A stretch of DNA of 64,000 nucleotides. It comes from a virus. This document shows positions 48,392-56,375 of the stretch, in pieces; position 1 is the first letter of the stretch, and each line of letters begins with the position of its first letter. The position numbers and the translations under genes were made by a program. The DNA lies in the IMG/VR virus record IMGVR_UViG_3300027804_000050, positions 42,109 through 106,108 of that record. One strand, written 5' to 3'. Below the pieces are notes generated by a model. That model searched no databases. It worked only from the letters and a program-made list of their open reading frames with translations, and had not been told where the DNA came from.

Positions 48392-48421
48392 GAGGCCACC
48401 TTTTAGGTGGCCTCAGCTTTT
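48392..48421 (+). terminator. Terminator
   Basis: GAGGCCACCT/AGGTGGCCTC stem followed by T's. Confidence 0.75.
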
Positions 48422-48478
48422 AAAATGATTAAATTGTTTAAAAAGACCAAGAGTGTTCTATTATAGTCTGTAGAACAC

Positions 48479-48554
48479 GCGACTGTAGCTCAGGGGTTAG
48501 AGCAGAGTTCTTATAAAGCTAAGGTCGGTGGTTCAATTCCACCCAGTCGCACCA
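48479..48554 (+). tRNA. tRNA-Ile(UAU)
   Basis: GCGACTG/CAGTCGC acceptor stem, anticodon loop CTTATAA, GTTCAA T-loop, encoded CCA. Confidence 0.88.
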
Positions 48555-48558
48555 ATCA

Positions 48559-48610
48559 CAGCAGGAGTAGCCAACTCGTAAGACTGGCTGACAGAACTCA
48601 ACTCCTGCTG
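48559..48610 (+). ncRNA. Small structured element within the tRNA cluster
   Basis: 10-bp stem CAGCAGGAGT/ACTCCTGCTG enclosing an AGCCA/TGGCT stem with a GTAA tetraloop. Confidence 0.4.
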
Positions 48611-48624
48611 CTCTTTTAAAACAT

Positions 48625-48701
48625 GGCCTAGTAGTCCAATCGGCAGAGACAACAGACTTAAAATCTGTCAAGTGTGAGTTCGACCCTCACCTAGGCTACC
48701 A
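48625..48701 (+). tRNA. tRNA-Leu(UAA), short variable region
   Basis: ACAGA-CTTAAAA-TCTGT anticodon arm; encoded CCA. Confidence 0.9.
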
Positions 48702-48706
48702 TACAC

Positions 48707-48783
48707 GACCCCATAGCTTAATTGGAGAAAGCAATTGCCTTCTAAGCAATAGACTCCCTGTTCAAGTCAGGGTGGGGTTACCA
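48707..48783 (+). tRNA. tRNA-Arg(UCU)
   Basis: ATTGC-CTTCTAA-GCAAT anticodon arm; encoded CCA. Confidence 0.92.
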
Positions 48784-48788
48784 TACAT

Positions 48789-48864
48789 TCCCAGATAGCT
48801 CAATCGGTAGAGCATCTGACTGTTAATCAGAGGGTTGCAGGATCGTACCCTGCTCTGGGAGCCA
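48789..48864 (+). tRNA. tRNA-Asn(GUU)
   Basis: TCTGA-CTGTTAA-TCAGA anticodon arm; atypical T-loop; encoded CCA. Confidence 0.9.
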
Positions 48865-48865
48865 T

Positions 48866-48940
48866 GCGAGTATCGTATAAAGGCTATTACCTCAGCCTTC
48901 CAAGCTGAAGATAAGGGTTCGATTCCCTTTACTCGCTCCA
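48866..48940 (+). tRNA. tRNA-Gly(UCC)
   Basis: TCAGC-CTTCCAA-GCTGA anticodon arm; encoded CCA. Confidence 0.93.
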
Positions 48941-48945
48941 TACAC

Positions 48946-49021
48946 GAGTTCGTAGCTCAGTCGGCAGAGCAACTGGCTTTTAACCAGTAGGTCGAGGGTT
49001 CGACCCCCTCCGAACTCACCA
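48946..49021 (+). tRNA. tRNA-Lys(UUU)
   Basis: ACTGG-CTTTTAA-CCAGT anticodon arm; encoded CCA. Confidence 0.93.
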
Positions 49022-49054
49022 CTCAAATCCTAATCACCAAAAAGTCAAAGTCTT

Positions 49055-49399
49055 ATGCAAAAAGTAGAAATAGTAGATAACATGACGATGTTAAACATCG
49101 AGGAACTAGATTTTAAGATAAACCATTACCGTAACTTCGATAAAAAGAAGATAATCAAGAATGGCGGTTATACGGTCATATCTTTTGTACGAAATGGGTT
49201 GCCATTTTCGATCACCGCAAGATGTTCTGCGAGTGATACTTATGACAAAAGAAAGGGATTGTTCCAATGTTTTTCCAAGTATTGTGATAAATTCCTTGGC
49301 CGTGCAGTCTTTAATGTTTCTAGAGACTTTAGTGGAACCTATGTTGTGTATGTAGGTTCACCGAAGACATCCGAAACCGTAAGCAGAGGAGAGTTTTGA
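49055..49399 (+). CDS. Hypothetical protein
   Basis: GGYT...ARCS..D.Y.K.KG motif typical of small phage proteins. Confidence 0.6.
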   Translation: MQKVEIVDNMTMLNIEELDFKINHYRNFDKKKIIKNGGYTVISFVRNGLPFSITARCSASDTYDKRKGLFQCFSKYCDKFLGRAVFNVSRDFSGTYVVYVGSPKTSETVSRGEF

Positions 49400-49401
49400 A
49401 C

Positions 49402-49557
49402 ATGACTTGGTACGAGGTCACTATGGTAACTTCTGGTTGGGCCAAAAGGGTTGAGCTTATTAAAGCACCGACTCAATCGGAAGCAATTGAAATTGCCAAA
49501 AAAAGATGGCCTGACTGTGGTTGTAGCGGATGTAGAGTTATTGACATGAAATACTGA
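49402..49557 (+). CDS. 51-aa protein (not in ORF track)
   Basis: GGAG RBS; MTWYEV...IKAPTQSEAIEIAKKRWP. Confidence 0.6.
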   Translation: MTWYEVTMVTSGWAKRVELIKAPTQSEAIEIAKKRWPDCGCSGCRVIDMKY

Positions 49558-49565
49558 TAAAAAAG

Positions 49566-49593
49566 TTGACACGGCAGGATACTAAGGTATAAT
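49566..49593 (+). promoter_or_regulatory. Sigma70-type promoter
   Basis: TTGACA-16-TATAAT. Confidence 0.8.
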
Positions 49594-49605
49594 CATAGCA
49601 CGACC

Positions 49606-50007
49606 ATGCAAACCTTCCTACCCTACAGCGACTTCGAGGATTCCGCACGCTGCCTAGACTATCGTCGTCTAGGTAAACAACGAGTGGAAGCCATGCAGCT
49701 TCACAACATCCTTACCAATCGTACAACCACCAAGGGTTGGAGAAGTCATCCTGCACTTAAGATGTGGGAAGGCTATGCTCCAGCCCTTGCACATTATATG
49801 AATGTGTGTATTGACGAGTGGGTTCGTAGAGGCTACAATAACACTATGGAAAAGCGTGATGACCGTAACCTTGTGCTACCACCTTGGTTAGATGATACTC
49901 GCATCCATATCTCTCACCGTTCCAACTTGTTGCGTAAGGACGAGAAGTTCTATTCGCAGTATAATTGGAATCTCCCGTCCACCATGGAATACTACTGGCC
50001 TATCTGA
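49606..50007 (+). CDS. Pyrimidine-dimer DNA glycosylase (DenV/MSMEG_6728-like)
   Basis: MQTFLP, LD.RRLGKQRVE, HPA..MW.G, PPWL and SHRSNLLRKD motifs. Confidence 0.88.
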   Translation: MQTFLPYSDFEDSARCLDYRRLGKQRVEAMQLHNILTNRTTTKGWRSHPALKMWEGYAPALAHYMNVCIDEWVRRGYNNTMEKRDDRNLVLPPWLDDTRIHISHRSNLLRKDEKFYSQYNWNLPSTMEYYWPI

Positions 50008-50008
50008 A

Positions 50009-51022
50009 ATGCAAAACCACAAACTATCCGTATCTTACGACGATGTATTAATTGTTCCCAAGTACTCTAAGATTGGGAGCAGGGCTGAATGTGATCTTAC
50101 TCCTGAAATCAGGGTTGGGGATCATGTTGTAGTCAAACCCAAACTTGGCATCCCGATCATGTCTGCCAACATGGATACCATTACTGGTCTTGAAATGGCT
50201 AGAGCTATGGATCAGGTTTTGGGTTTAGGAATCCTGCATAGGAATATTTTTATTCCTGATGTAATCAAATTGAAAGAAGAACTTGGGTATGTGGTTGCCG
50301 CTGTAGGCTCGATCCATACTGATAAGAAGCGTATCGATACATATTTGGATCATAGCATCCCTATGTGCGTTGATATTGCTCATGGTCATTCCGAAAACAT
50401 GAGGAAGACTTTAGATTATATTTGTGAAAGGAACAATCAACTTTTGATTGCTGGAAATGTTTGTACTCCCAAGGGAGTTGAAGATCTATTCAACTGGGGA
50501 GCAGATATCGTCAAAGTTGGAGTTGGTGGAGGGTCTGCCTGCACTACTAGAATTAAGACTGGTTGTGGGTATCCTCAATTTGCAGCTTTGGAGAGCATTT
50601 GGGATGAATTCCAAGGAGAGATTCCCATTATTGCAGATGGGGGGATTAAAACCGCAGGAGATGCGGCGAAAGCTATTGCAATCGGAGCGGATTTCGTTAT
50701 GATTGGCGGTATGCTCGCAGGAACTGACAAGACCCCTTTCTGGAATCCTAATACCAGTTTCACGACCTTCCGTGGAATGGCCTCCATGTCCGCTAAGGCA
50801 GATACTGGATTGCCTCTCGTACATGAGGAGGGTATTTCTACTCAAGTTAAAACCAAGCCTGAGGGTAGCACCCTGTCCGTTGTCCGTGGCCTTTGCGATG
50901 GAATTAGATCTGCAATGAGTTATTGTGGATCTAAGAACATGAAGAGTTTCCGTGGAGAACAGAACTTTGTCTACATCAGCCAAGCAACTCAAAAAGAAAA
51001 CCATGCCCACATCCAACTATGA
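50009..51022 (+). CDS. IMP dehydrogenase/GMP reductase family, no CBS domains
   Basis: YDDVLIVP, SANMDT, DIAHGHS, AGNV, GGGSACTTR, IIADGG and FRGMAS motifs. Confidence 0.92.
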   Translation: MQNHKLSVSYDDVLIVPKYSKIGSRAECDLTPEIRVGDHVVVKPKLGIPIMSANMDTITGLEMARAMDQVLGLGILHRNIFIPDVIKLKEELGYVVAAVGSIHTDKKRIDTYLDHSIPMCVDIAHGHSENMRKTLDYICERNNQLLIAGNVCTPKGVEDLFNWGADIVKVGVGGGSACTTRIKTGCGYPQFAALESIWDEFQGEIPIIADGGIKTAGDAAKAIAIGADFVMIGGMLAGTDKTPFWNPNTSFTTFRGMASMSAKADTGLPLVHEEGISTQVKTKPEGSTLSVVRGLCDGIRSAMSYCGSKNMKSFRGEQNFVYISQATQKENHAHIQL

Positions 51023-51257
51023 AAGGATGATTGAAAATATGAAACAAGATATGGTCAATCACCCTCAACACTATACCCAAGGTAAGTTTGAGGTTATCGA
51101 TATCATTGAAGATCAAAAACTTTGCTATCATCTCGGCAATGTTGTTAAGTATGTGTTGCGAGCGCAGCATAAAGGAAAGCAACTGGAAGATTTGTCCAAA
51201 GCCAAGTGGTATCTGGAACGCAAAATTCAACTCCTCCAAAAGGAACAAGCTAAGTGA
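51003..51257 (+). CDS. DUF3310 protein
   Basis: DMVNHP.HY, GNVVKYV.RA..K and EDL.KA.WYL motifs. Confidence 0.88.
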   Translation: MPTSNYERMIENMKQDMVNHPQHYTQGKFEVIDIIEDQKLCYHLGNVVKYVLRAQHKGKQLEDLSKAKWYLERKIQLLQKEQAK

Positions 51258-51850
51258 AGACTACCCTAACTTCTGAACAATGGGATGCCATCGAACAAAA
51301 GTATGGCAACCTGATGTACACGATCTGCAAGCACATTTCTGGGGATCACACCTTGTGTTCCGTTGAAGATTTGCGCTCTGATCTAAACATCATTGCAATC
51401 GAAGCTGTGGAGACTTTCCGCAAGAAGAATACACAAAGCAGCTTTGAGGAATTTTTCAATAGCAAGGGCTTTGATCGATACATCAAATCCTGCCTTTGGA
51501 ATTACAAGGCTAATCGAGGTTCTAAGATCACCAAGAAGAAAGTCTTGTATTCCAACTTGAGCATTGAATCCAACTTTGATGATTCGGAGTCGTTTGCAGA
51601 TCTAGATCTGAACTTCCGAGACAAGAGTTCTGCCAGTTACATTGAAATGAATGTTGACCTTGAGGAGTTCATGTGCAATATGTCGGATTACCAGAAACAT
51701 TTGGTGTCCGTGATTGTTGAAAACCCTGACCTAATTAAGCCTAACGGAAAGATTAATCGGTTGGAATTGTCGGGAATCGAAAACAAGCATTGGACGGTTA
51801 TTGACAAGGAGATCGGTGATCTTTCCAAGCGGATTGGAGTACCTCTATGA
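51254..51850 (+). CDS. Second phage sigma-70-like factor (putative middle sigma)
   Basis: KY..LM..I, EDL..D....IEAVE.F and F..YIK..LWN region-2 pattern; helical C-terminus. Confidence 0.6.
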   Translation: MKTTLTSEQWDAIEQKYGNLMYTICKHISGDHTLCSVEDLRSDLNIIAIEAVETFRKKNTQSSFEEFFNSKGFDRYIKSCLWNYKANRGSKITKKKVLYSNLSIESNFDDSESFADLDLNFRDKSSASYIEMNVDLEEFMCNMSDYQKHLVSVIVENPDLIKPNGKINRLELSGIENKHWTVIDKEIGDLSKRIGVPL

Positions 51851-52194
51851 ATATTTACATCTCTGGCCCGATTACTAATTACAAGAATGCAGATACTAAC
51901 TTCAAGGAAGCTGAAGCCTTGATGAGGAAAATGTATCCTAATGCCAAGATCTACAATCCCATCAACATCCCCACCCCAAAATACACTCAAGATGATTGGG
52001 GAACAGAAGGGGTTTGGTCGTATTATATGCATGAAAGCATCAAGTTGATGATGGAATGTGACACGATCTATCTTTTAAATGGATGGAGTTCTAGTAAAGG
52101 GGCTACCATTGAATTTAATCTAGCTTGGGCACTAGATATGACAATCTTGTACGAAACTGACATTAAAAAGATGAGGAATGATGAACCCCAATAA
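51847..52194 (+). CDS. DUF4406 (nucleoside deoxyribosyltransferase-like)
   Basis: IYISGPIT, NP, W..YM and CD.IYLL.GW..SKGA.IE motifs. Confidence 0.88.
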   Translation: MNIYISGPITNYKNADTNFKEAEALMRKMYPNAKIYNPINIPTPKYTQDDWGTEGVWSYYMHESIKLMMECDTIYLLNGWSSSKGATIEFNLAWALDMTILYETDIKKMRNDEPQ

Positions 52195-52381
52195 CCAAAA
52201 AGTCAAAGTTTCAATGACCTTTGAATGGGAGTTCGACCATAAACAATGGTGTGAACTAAAGTCTTGGTCTGAGACTCGGGAAGAGATTGTGAATAGGATG
52301 CGTTTTGATGGTATAGACGCATTCTATCATCTAAACCAAATGTGCCGACCAAAATGGAATTTAGAAACAAAACAGGAATGA
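52178..52381 (+). CDS. Hypothetical protein
   Basis: Coupled ORF. Confidence 0.5.
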   Translation: MMNPNNQKVKVSMTFEWEFDHKQWCELKSWSETREEIVNRMRFDGIDAFYHLNQMCRPKWNLETKQE

Positions 52382-52587
52382 TTCCTGTTTTCAATCTTCC
52401 GAGTCAGATAACTATGATTTGGCAAGATGATAGCTGGAATTACTTTTGGTTGTATGATATCAAAGATAACTGGGTTATTGTATCACCCAGAAAAGATCCA
52501 GATGGAAATGAACCTAAGACTTACGAACCAATGTTAATCCCCATGAGTAACATTGTATCTATAATTTTCACGGAGAAACTAGGATGA
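52378..52587 (+). CDS. Hypothetical protein
   Basis: ATGA-coupled ORF. Confidence 0.5.
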   Translation: MIPVFNLPSQITMIWQDDSWNYFWLYDIKDNWVIVSPRKDPDGNEPKTYEPMLIPMSNIVSIIFTEKLG

Positions 52588-52856
52588 ATTCAGAATTTAG
52601 TTGGTGGATTGCAATCGCATTGTTTTTCACCTATGTTGTAATTGATTACTTGTATGCCCTGTACTATCTTCTTGTTGCAAAGAGAGATGCATTCAGGGCT
52701 GGCCTTGTTGCAGCAGGTATGTATGTACTATTAACATATGGAGTGCTTGCATACACTAAGAATCCTTGGTATATTGTAAGTATTGCGTTAGGTTCTTTTG
52801 TAGGAACCTATGTGGCAGTTAAATATTTTCCCGAAAAATTGAGTGACAAGGGTTAA
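52584..52856 (+). CDS. Three-TM membrane protein
   Basis: Three hydrophobic helices; G.FVGTY motif. Confidence 0.7.
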   Translation: MNSEFSWWIAIALFFTYVVIDYLYALYYLLVAKRDAFRAGLVAAGMYVLLTYGVLAYTKNPWYIVSIALGSFVGTYVAVKYFPEKLSDKG

Positions 52857-53142
52857 GACCTTGTCTATAATAGATGGCATGAACGCACAATCTAATTTTA
52901 AGAAGATCTGGCAAGTGGAGATTACCTTCAATGACACGAAGCCTCCCCACTTGTATCTAATGACTAACTTTACCAATAACATTGATGCTGCGGTTGACCA
53001 ACTCAAGCGTCAAGTTAAGTGGTTCAAGCCTGAAACCATCAAGTCGGCCAAGGCAGTCCAGTATGTTCTGGAAGCTGTTGACGAGGTTGACTATACTGAT
53101 TCCCTGCACACCCTGACCGTTACACCTATCGAAGGAGAATGA
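52843..53142 (+). CDS. Hypothetical protein
   Basis: ORF track. Confidence 0.55.
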   Translation: MTRVKTLSIIDGMNAQSNFKKIWQVEITFNDTKPPHLYLMTNFTNNIDAAVDQLKRQVKWFKPETIKSAKAVQYVLEAVDEVDYTDSLHTLTVTPIEGE

Positions 53143-53567
53143 ATATGTTTAAGACCATGATCGCTACTGTTGCCCTCGCCTCTATCGCCCAAACGCAAGT
53201 TGGGAATATCTTCTGCACCTCGTATCCCAATAACACGGGACAAGTTGCACATATGAGCTTCTGCGATGTACAACTGACTTGCATGAATCTCACCAATGCT
53301 ACGCCTAACGGCTATGCACAACTTATCTACGGAAGCACGGCTTTTAACAGCCCCTTCGGTAATGGTCACTTGTGTGTGAATCCTTTGGGAGGTTTCTATC
53401 GTGTTGGTAGTCCTGTGCCTGTTAGTGCATTGGGAACTGCTTCGGTTAGCCTGCCACAAGAGATTTTTGCAACTGGGGCTGTGACCCACTTCCAATGGAT
53501 GTATAGGGATATTCAAAGCACGGGATACACATTCAATACTAGCAACGCCCTGCGTTGGCCTCTGTGA
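53139..53567 (+). CDS. Secreted stand-alone planctomycete-type C-terminal domain protein
   Basis: Signal peptide, then FC.S.PN.TG..A, PFGNG.LC, G.F.R, G...HFQW.YRD and FNTSNAL. Confidence 0.65.
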   Translation: MNMFKTMIATVALASIAQTQVGNIFCTSYPNNTGQVAHMSFCDVQLTCMNLTNATPNGYAQLIYGSTAFNSPFGNGHLCVNPLGGFYRVGSPVPVSALGTASVSLPQEIFATGAVTHFQWMYRDIQSTGYTFNTSNALRWPL

Positions 53568-53583
53568 AAATCAAGGAGAGCAA

Positions 53584-53811
53584 ATGGCTAATCAAGACCC
53601 CCCGTTTGATAAGGTAGCGTATCACGCGAGTGCCTTGCACGCCACTTGCAAGTACATTATTGAGAATACGAAAGTTAAGCCTAACTATGAAGCCACCGTC
53701 AACCATTATCACGCTCTGACCTTGGCGACTTTGGAGATGCTGGAGCGTATGCAAGCCTCCATCGACGAGTACAATAACTGGAATATCTACGGTGAGAACT
53801 GGGAAGATTGA
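53584..53811 (+). CDS. Hypothetical protein
   Basis: AGGAG RBS. Confidence 0.6.
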   Translation: MANQDPPFDKVAYHASALHATCKYIIENTKVKPNYEATVNHYHALTLATLEMLERMQASIDEYNNWNIYGENWED

Positions 53812-53812
53812 T

Positions 53813-54028
53813 ATGACACTTAACTACGAGCGTTATAATTCTGTTAAATCTACTCGTAAGTTCTTGTTAGCACTTATGAGTCCATCCGAAACACCTAGAG
53901 TTCCTCGTGCTATTCGAACAGAGGCTAGGCGATTGCTAAAACACTACCCAGAAGAATATCATATGGATACGGTAGCAAAGGAATGTCCTACTATTTTTGG
54001 TAAAGACTGGAGAGATGATTACAAATGA
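53813..54028 (+). CDS. BPSL0761-like protein
   Basis: ER...V..TR.FL..L...TPRVP..IR.EARRLLKHYP. Confidence 0.75.
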   Translation: MTLNYERYNSVKSTRKFLLALMSPSETPRVPRAIRTEARRLLKHYPEEYHMDTVAKECPTIFGKDWRDDYK

Positions 54029-55041
54029 CACAAATTAAAGTTACCGCAACAGGCTACTCCGTAAACGATGGAGTAGAAGTCAAGATACAAGTCCCCCTCG
54101 CTGCTGCTATTCGCAAGGCAGGGGAGTTTACAGATCAAACTGTAATTACGATTCATGGACAGCTTTTAACTGGCTTGGATATTGGTGGCCCCGCAGGTTA
54201 TCAAAATAAAAGTCAATGCGCGTTCTGGAATCGTCCGATTGATAATCTAATTATCCAAGGAGCAGATGCCAATGCAGCAATTGGTAACTTGCGTTTTTGG
54301 GATACTTTGAATGGGGTTAACTCTATTACCATTCAGAACTTAACGATTATCAATGATACAAATGAATTCTCGCCCCTCCGCACGGGAATGAATGAAGTGC
54401 ATGGATATATCAAGATTATCAATTGCAAGTTTAAGGGTACAGGAAATAACTGGCTTGGCCGTGGAATGAAATGGGGAATCCGTGGACATGGCCCTGCTCG
54501 TTGGTTTATACAAAACTGTGACTTTGAACCTTGCCAAGAGCATAGCATTTATATTGATAATCCTCAGGGCGATACAGTAATTAATAATTGCAAAGGTATT
54601 GGCAATGGTCGTACTTTCATGCAAATTACAAATCGTCCTACATCTGGGCCTTCTCAATTCGGGAATATCATAGTCTCGAATTGCGTATGTAATGATATCA
54701 ACCAAGAAGGTGGTGGAGGTTCTGATTACACATTTGTGGGCTGTACGGGTAAGCTAGAAGTGAAAGATTGTAGTTCCTTTAATACTACAAATGGAGCTAT
54801 GGTTCTTTGGACTGATACCACAAATGGAACTTATGTTACAGGTCGTAACTTTAGTTTTAATGAAGTATTAATTGAGAGATTCCATGCAGAATCCAACAGA
54901 GCTACTCGTCCGATGGTGGCTATCTCTGGTGTGAGAAGTGGAGTTCTCAAACAAATAAATACTTATGGTGGCCCAATTAAGTATCGTCTAGGTGGAGATT
55001 ATGGTGGCCCTCGTCCTAATGGAAGCATTGAAATACTATGA
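54025..55041 (+). CDS. Right-handed beta-helix (pectin lyase-fold) protein
   Basis: Repeating I.I.NC.F rungs; EHSIYIDN and GRTFMQ motifs. Confidence 0.75.
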   Translation: MTQIKVTATGYSVNDGVEVKIQVPLAAAIRKAGEFTDQTVITIHGQLLTGLDIGGPAGYQNKSQCAFWNRPIDNLIIQGADANAAIGNLRFWDTLNGVNSITIQNLTIINDTNEFSPLRTGMNEVHGYIKIINCKFKGTGNNWLGRGMKWGIRGHGPARWFIQNCDFEPCQEHSIYIDNPQGDTVINNCKGIGNGRTFMQITNRPTSGPSQFGNIIVSNCVCNDINQEGGGGSDYTFVGCTGKLEVKDCSSFNTTNGAMVLWTDTTNGTYVTGRNFSFNEVLIERFHAESNRATRPMVAISGVRSGVLKQINTYGGPIKYRLGGDYGGPRPNGSIEIL

Positions 55042-55285
55042 AAGCTGTTGGAAAATTTATGAATAAAAAGAAACTAAGAAAAAAATGGATTGATTTCATG
55101 ACCTTGGCTGTGGGAGCGGTCTTGTTGATGACCTTGTTGCTTTTAAATGGGTTTTTGTTCGCAACTCTGATGCAAACTTTATGATTGAAATAATTTGTTG
55201 GATCACATATGGCATCTTAATGTTGTGGTTTTTGTATGTGGGAGTTAAGATGTATGATAAAAAAGATAAAAATCCCGAATGATGC

Positions 55286-55314
55286 GTGACACAAGCCGTT
55301 TGATCGGTTATAAT
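55286..55314 (+). promoter_or_regulatory. GTGAC-type promoter
   Basis: GTGACA-17-TATAAT with TCGGT before the -10; ATG 7 nt downstream. Confidence 0.75.
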
Positions 55315-55321
55315 AGGCATC

Positions 55322-55510
55322 ATGGAAATCAGCAAACTGATCAGGGAGCTTGAGCGCATCCGCATCAAGCAGGGCGACGAGTTCAAGGTCAAGCTGCGTA
55401 TCGATGACGATATGCAGTTTGGGGAAGAGCTTGGAGACTTCGATGTGGAAGTCCGCAATGATGGTGTTATTCTTGTGGCTGAAATCACGGGCAAGATCTG
55501 GGAGGACTGA
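55322..55510 (+). CDS. Hypothetical early protein, leaderless
   Basis: Starts 7 nt after the -10 box; GC-richer codons. Confidence 0.65.
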   Translation: MEISKLIRELERIRIKQGDEFKVKLRIDDDMQFGEELGDFDVEVRNDGVILVAEITGKIWED

Positions 55511-55513
55511 CCA

Positions 55514-55801
55514 ATGAAAACGATCAAAAACATTATTAATTACTGGTGGAACGCGGCTGGGTGTGTCGTTTTGTTTGAAACTTTTCTTGGCTTAAGTTTT
55601 TTTGTACTAATTCCCTGTATGATGTATCCCCAGAAAGTACATTGTATGATTTCTCACGATGAAAGTAGGAAATTCGAGGTTGAAAATCATGTAGAAGGCA
55701 GCGAGTTGCGTTACATTACAGTAGAATGTGAAATTTGTAATTTTGAAAAACAATCCGGCCAATTTTGCGATAAAGTTAAGTTCATCGGGGACGAACAATG
55801 A
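55514..55801 (+). CDS. Membrane-anchored hypothetical protein
   Basis: N-terminal TM segment; CxxC. Confidence 0.5.
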   Translation: MKTIKNIINYWWNAAGCVVLFETFLGLSFFVLIPCMMYPQKVHCMISHDESRKFEVENHVEGSELRYITVECEICNFEKQSGQFCDKVKFIGDEQ

Positions 55802-55977
55802 AAACTTATCGTGTCCCCATCACTTGGAAAATGTGTTCTGACTACTACATTAAAGCTGACTCGGAAGCAGAAGCAATTAAGATTGCTAACCGTCTTCCGT
55901 TGCCTGAACACGGTGAGTACCTGACCGATAGCTTTGAGATTGATAAGGATGATATCTCAGAAGAGGAAGACCAATAA
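55798..55977 (+). CDS. 59-aa DpnD/PcfM-like small protein (not in ORF track)
   Basis: MKTYRVPITW...IKADSEAEAIKIA. Confidence 0.6.
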   Translation: MKTYRVPITWKMCSDYYIKADSEAEAIKIANRLPLPEHGEYLTDSFEIDKDDISEEEDQ

Positions 55978-56092
55978 AACTACGAGATAAAATCTTGTGG
56001 GTAATCAGGGGTGGACTAGTTATCTTTTTGATACTAGTCCTGCCCTTGATTGTAATTAAAATGTTAATCACACACCTATGGATCACATCACT

Positions 56093-56320
56093 ATGAATTA
56101 TCAATGGAAAAAGCTAGACGACCAATACCTTGAAGGCGAAGTTATCAAGAATAATAACTTGGTAGCAGAGGTAGTTGCATTTAAAGAATACGGGCAGACA
56201 TATGTAGTTTATATGTATAAAGATAGTAAGTATCTTGGATCTAGAGGTTATCATGGAGAGAAGTTAGCCAAGGAGATGGCTATTGAGTATTTGGAAGGTA
56301 AAGACCTTCTGAACGACTAA
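56093..56320 (+). CDS. Hypothetical protein
   Basis: ORF track. Confidence 0.55.
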   Translation: MNYQWKKLDDQYLEGEVIKNNNLVAEVVAFKEYGQTYVVYMYKDSKYLGSRGYHGEKLAKEMAIEYLEGKDLLND

Positions 56321-56339
56321 CTTATTTTTGAGAAAAAGC

Positions 56340-56368
56340 GTGACTGAGGCTGTGTCGTCGGTTATAAT
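56340..56368 (+). promoter_or_regulatory. GTGAC-type promoter
   Basis: GTGACT-17-TATAAT, then ACCTACC-ATG. Confidence 0.75.
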
Positions 56369-56375
56369 ACCTACC

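Noticed and set aside
48559-48610. Hammerhead ribozyme or ZTP riboswitch
   Set aside because: CTGACAGA does not fit CUGANGA and there is no GAAA core; only a superficial GACTGGC match to the ZTP motif.
49892-50008. Upstream extension of the IMPDH-like ORF (similarly 29056 NrdJ and 43563 RecA)
   Set aside because: Overlaps the preceding gene; downstream ATGs fit the family N-termini and RBS or coupling positions better.
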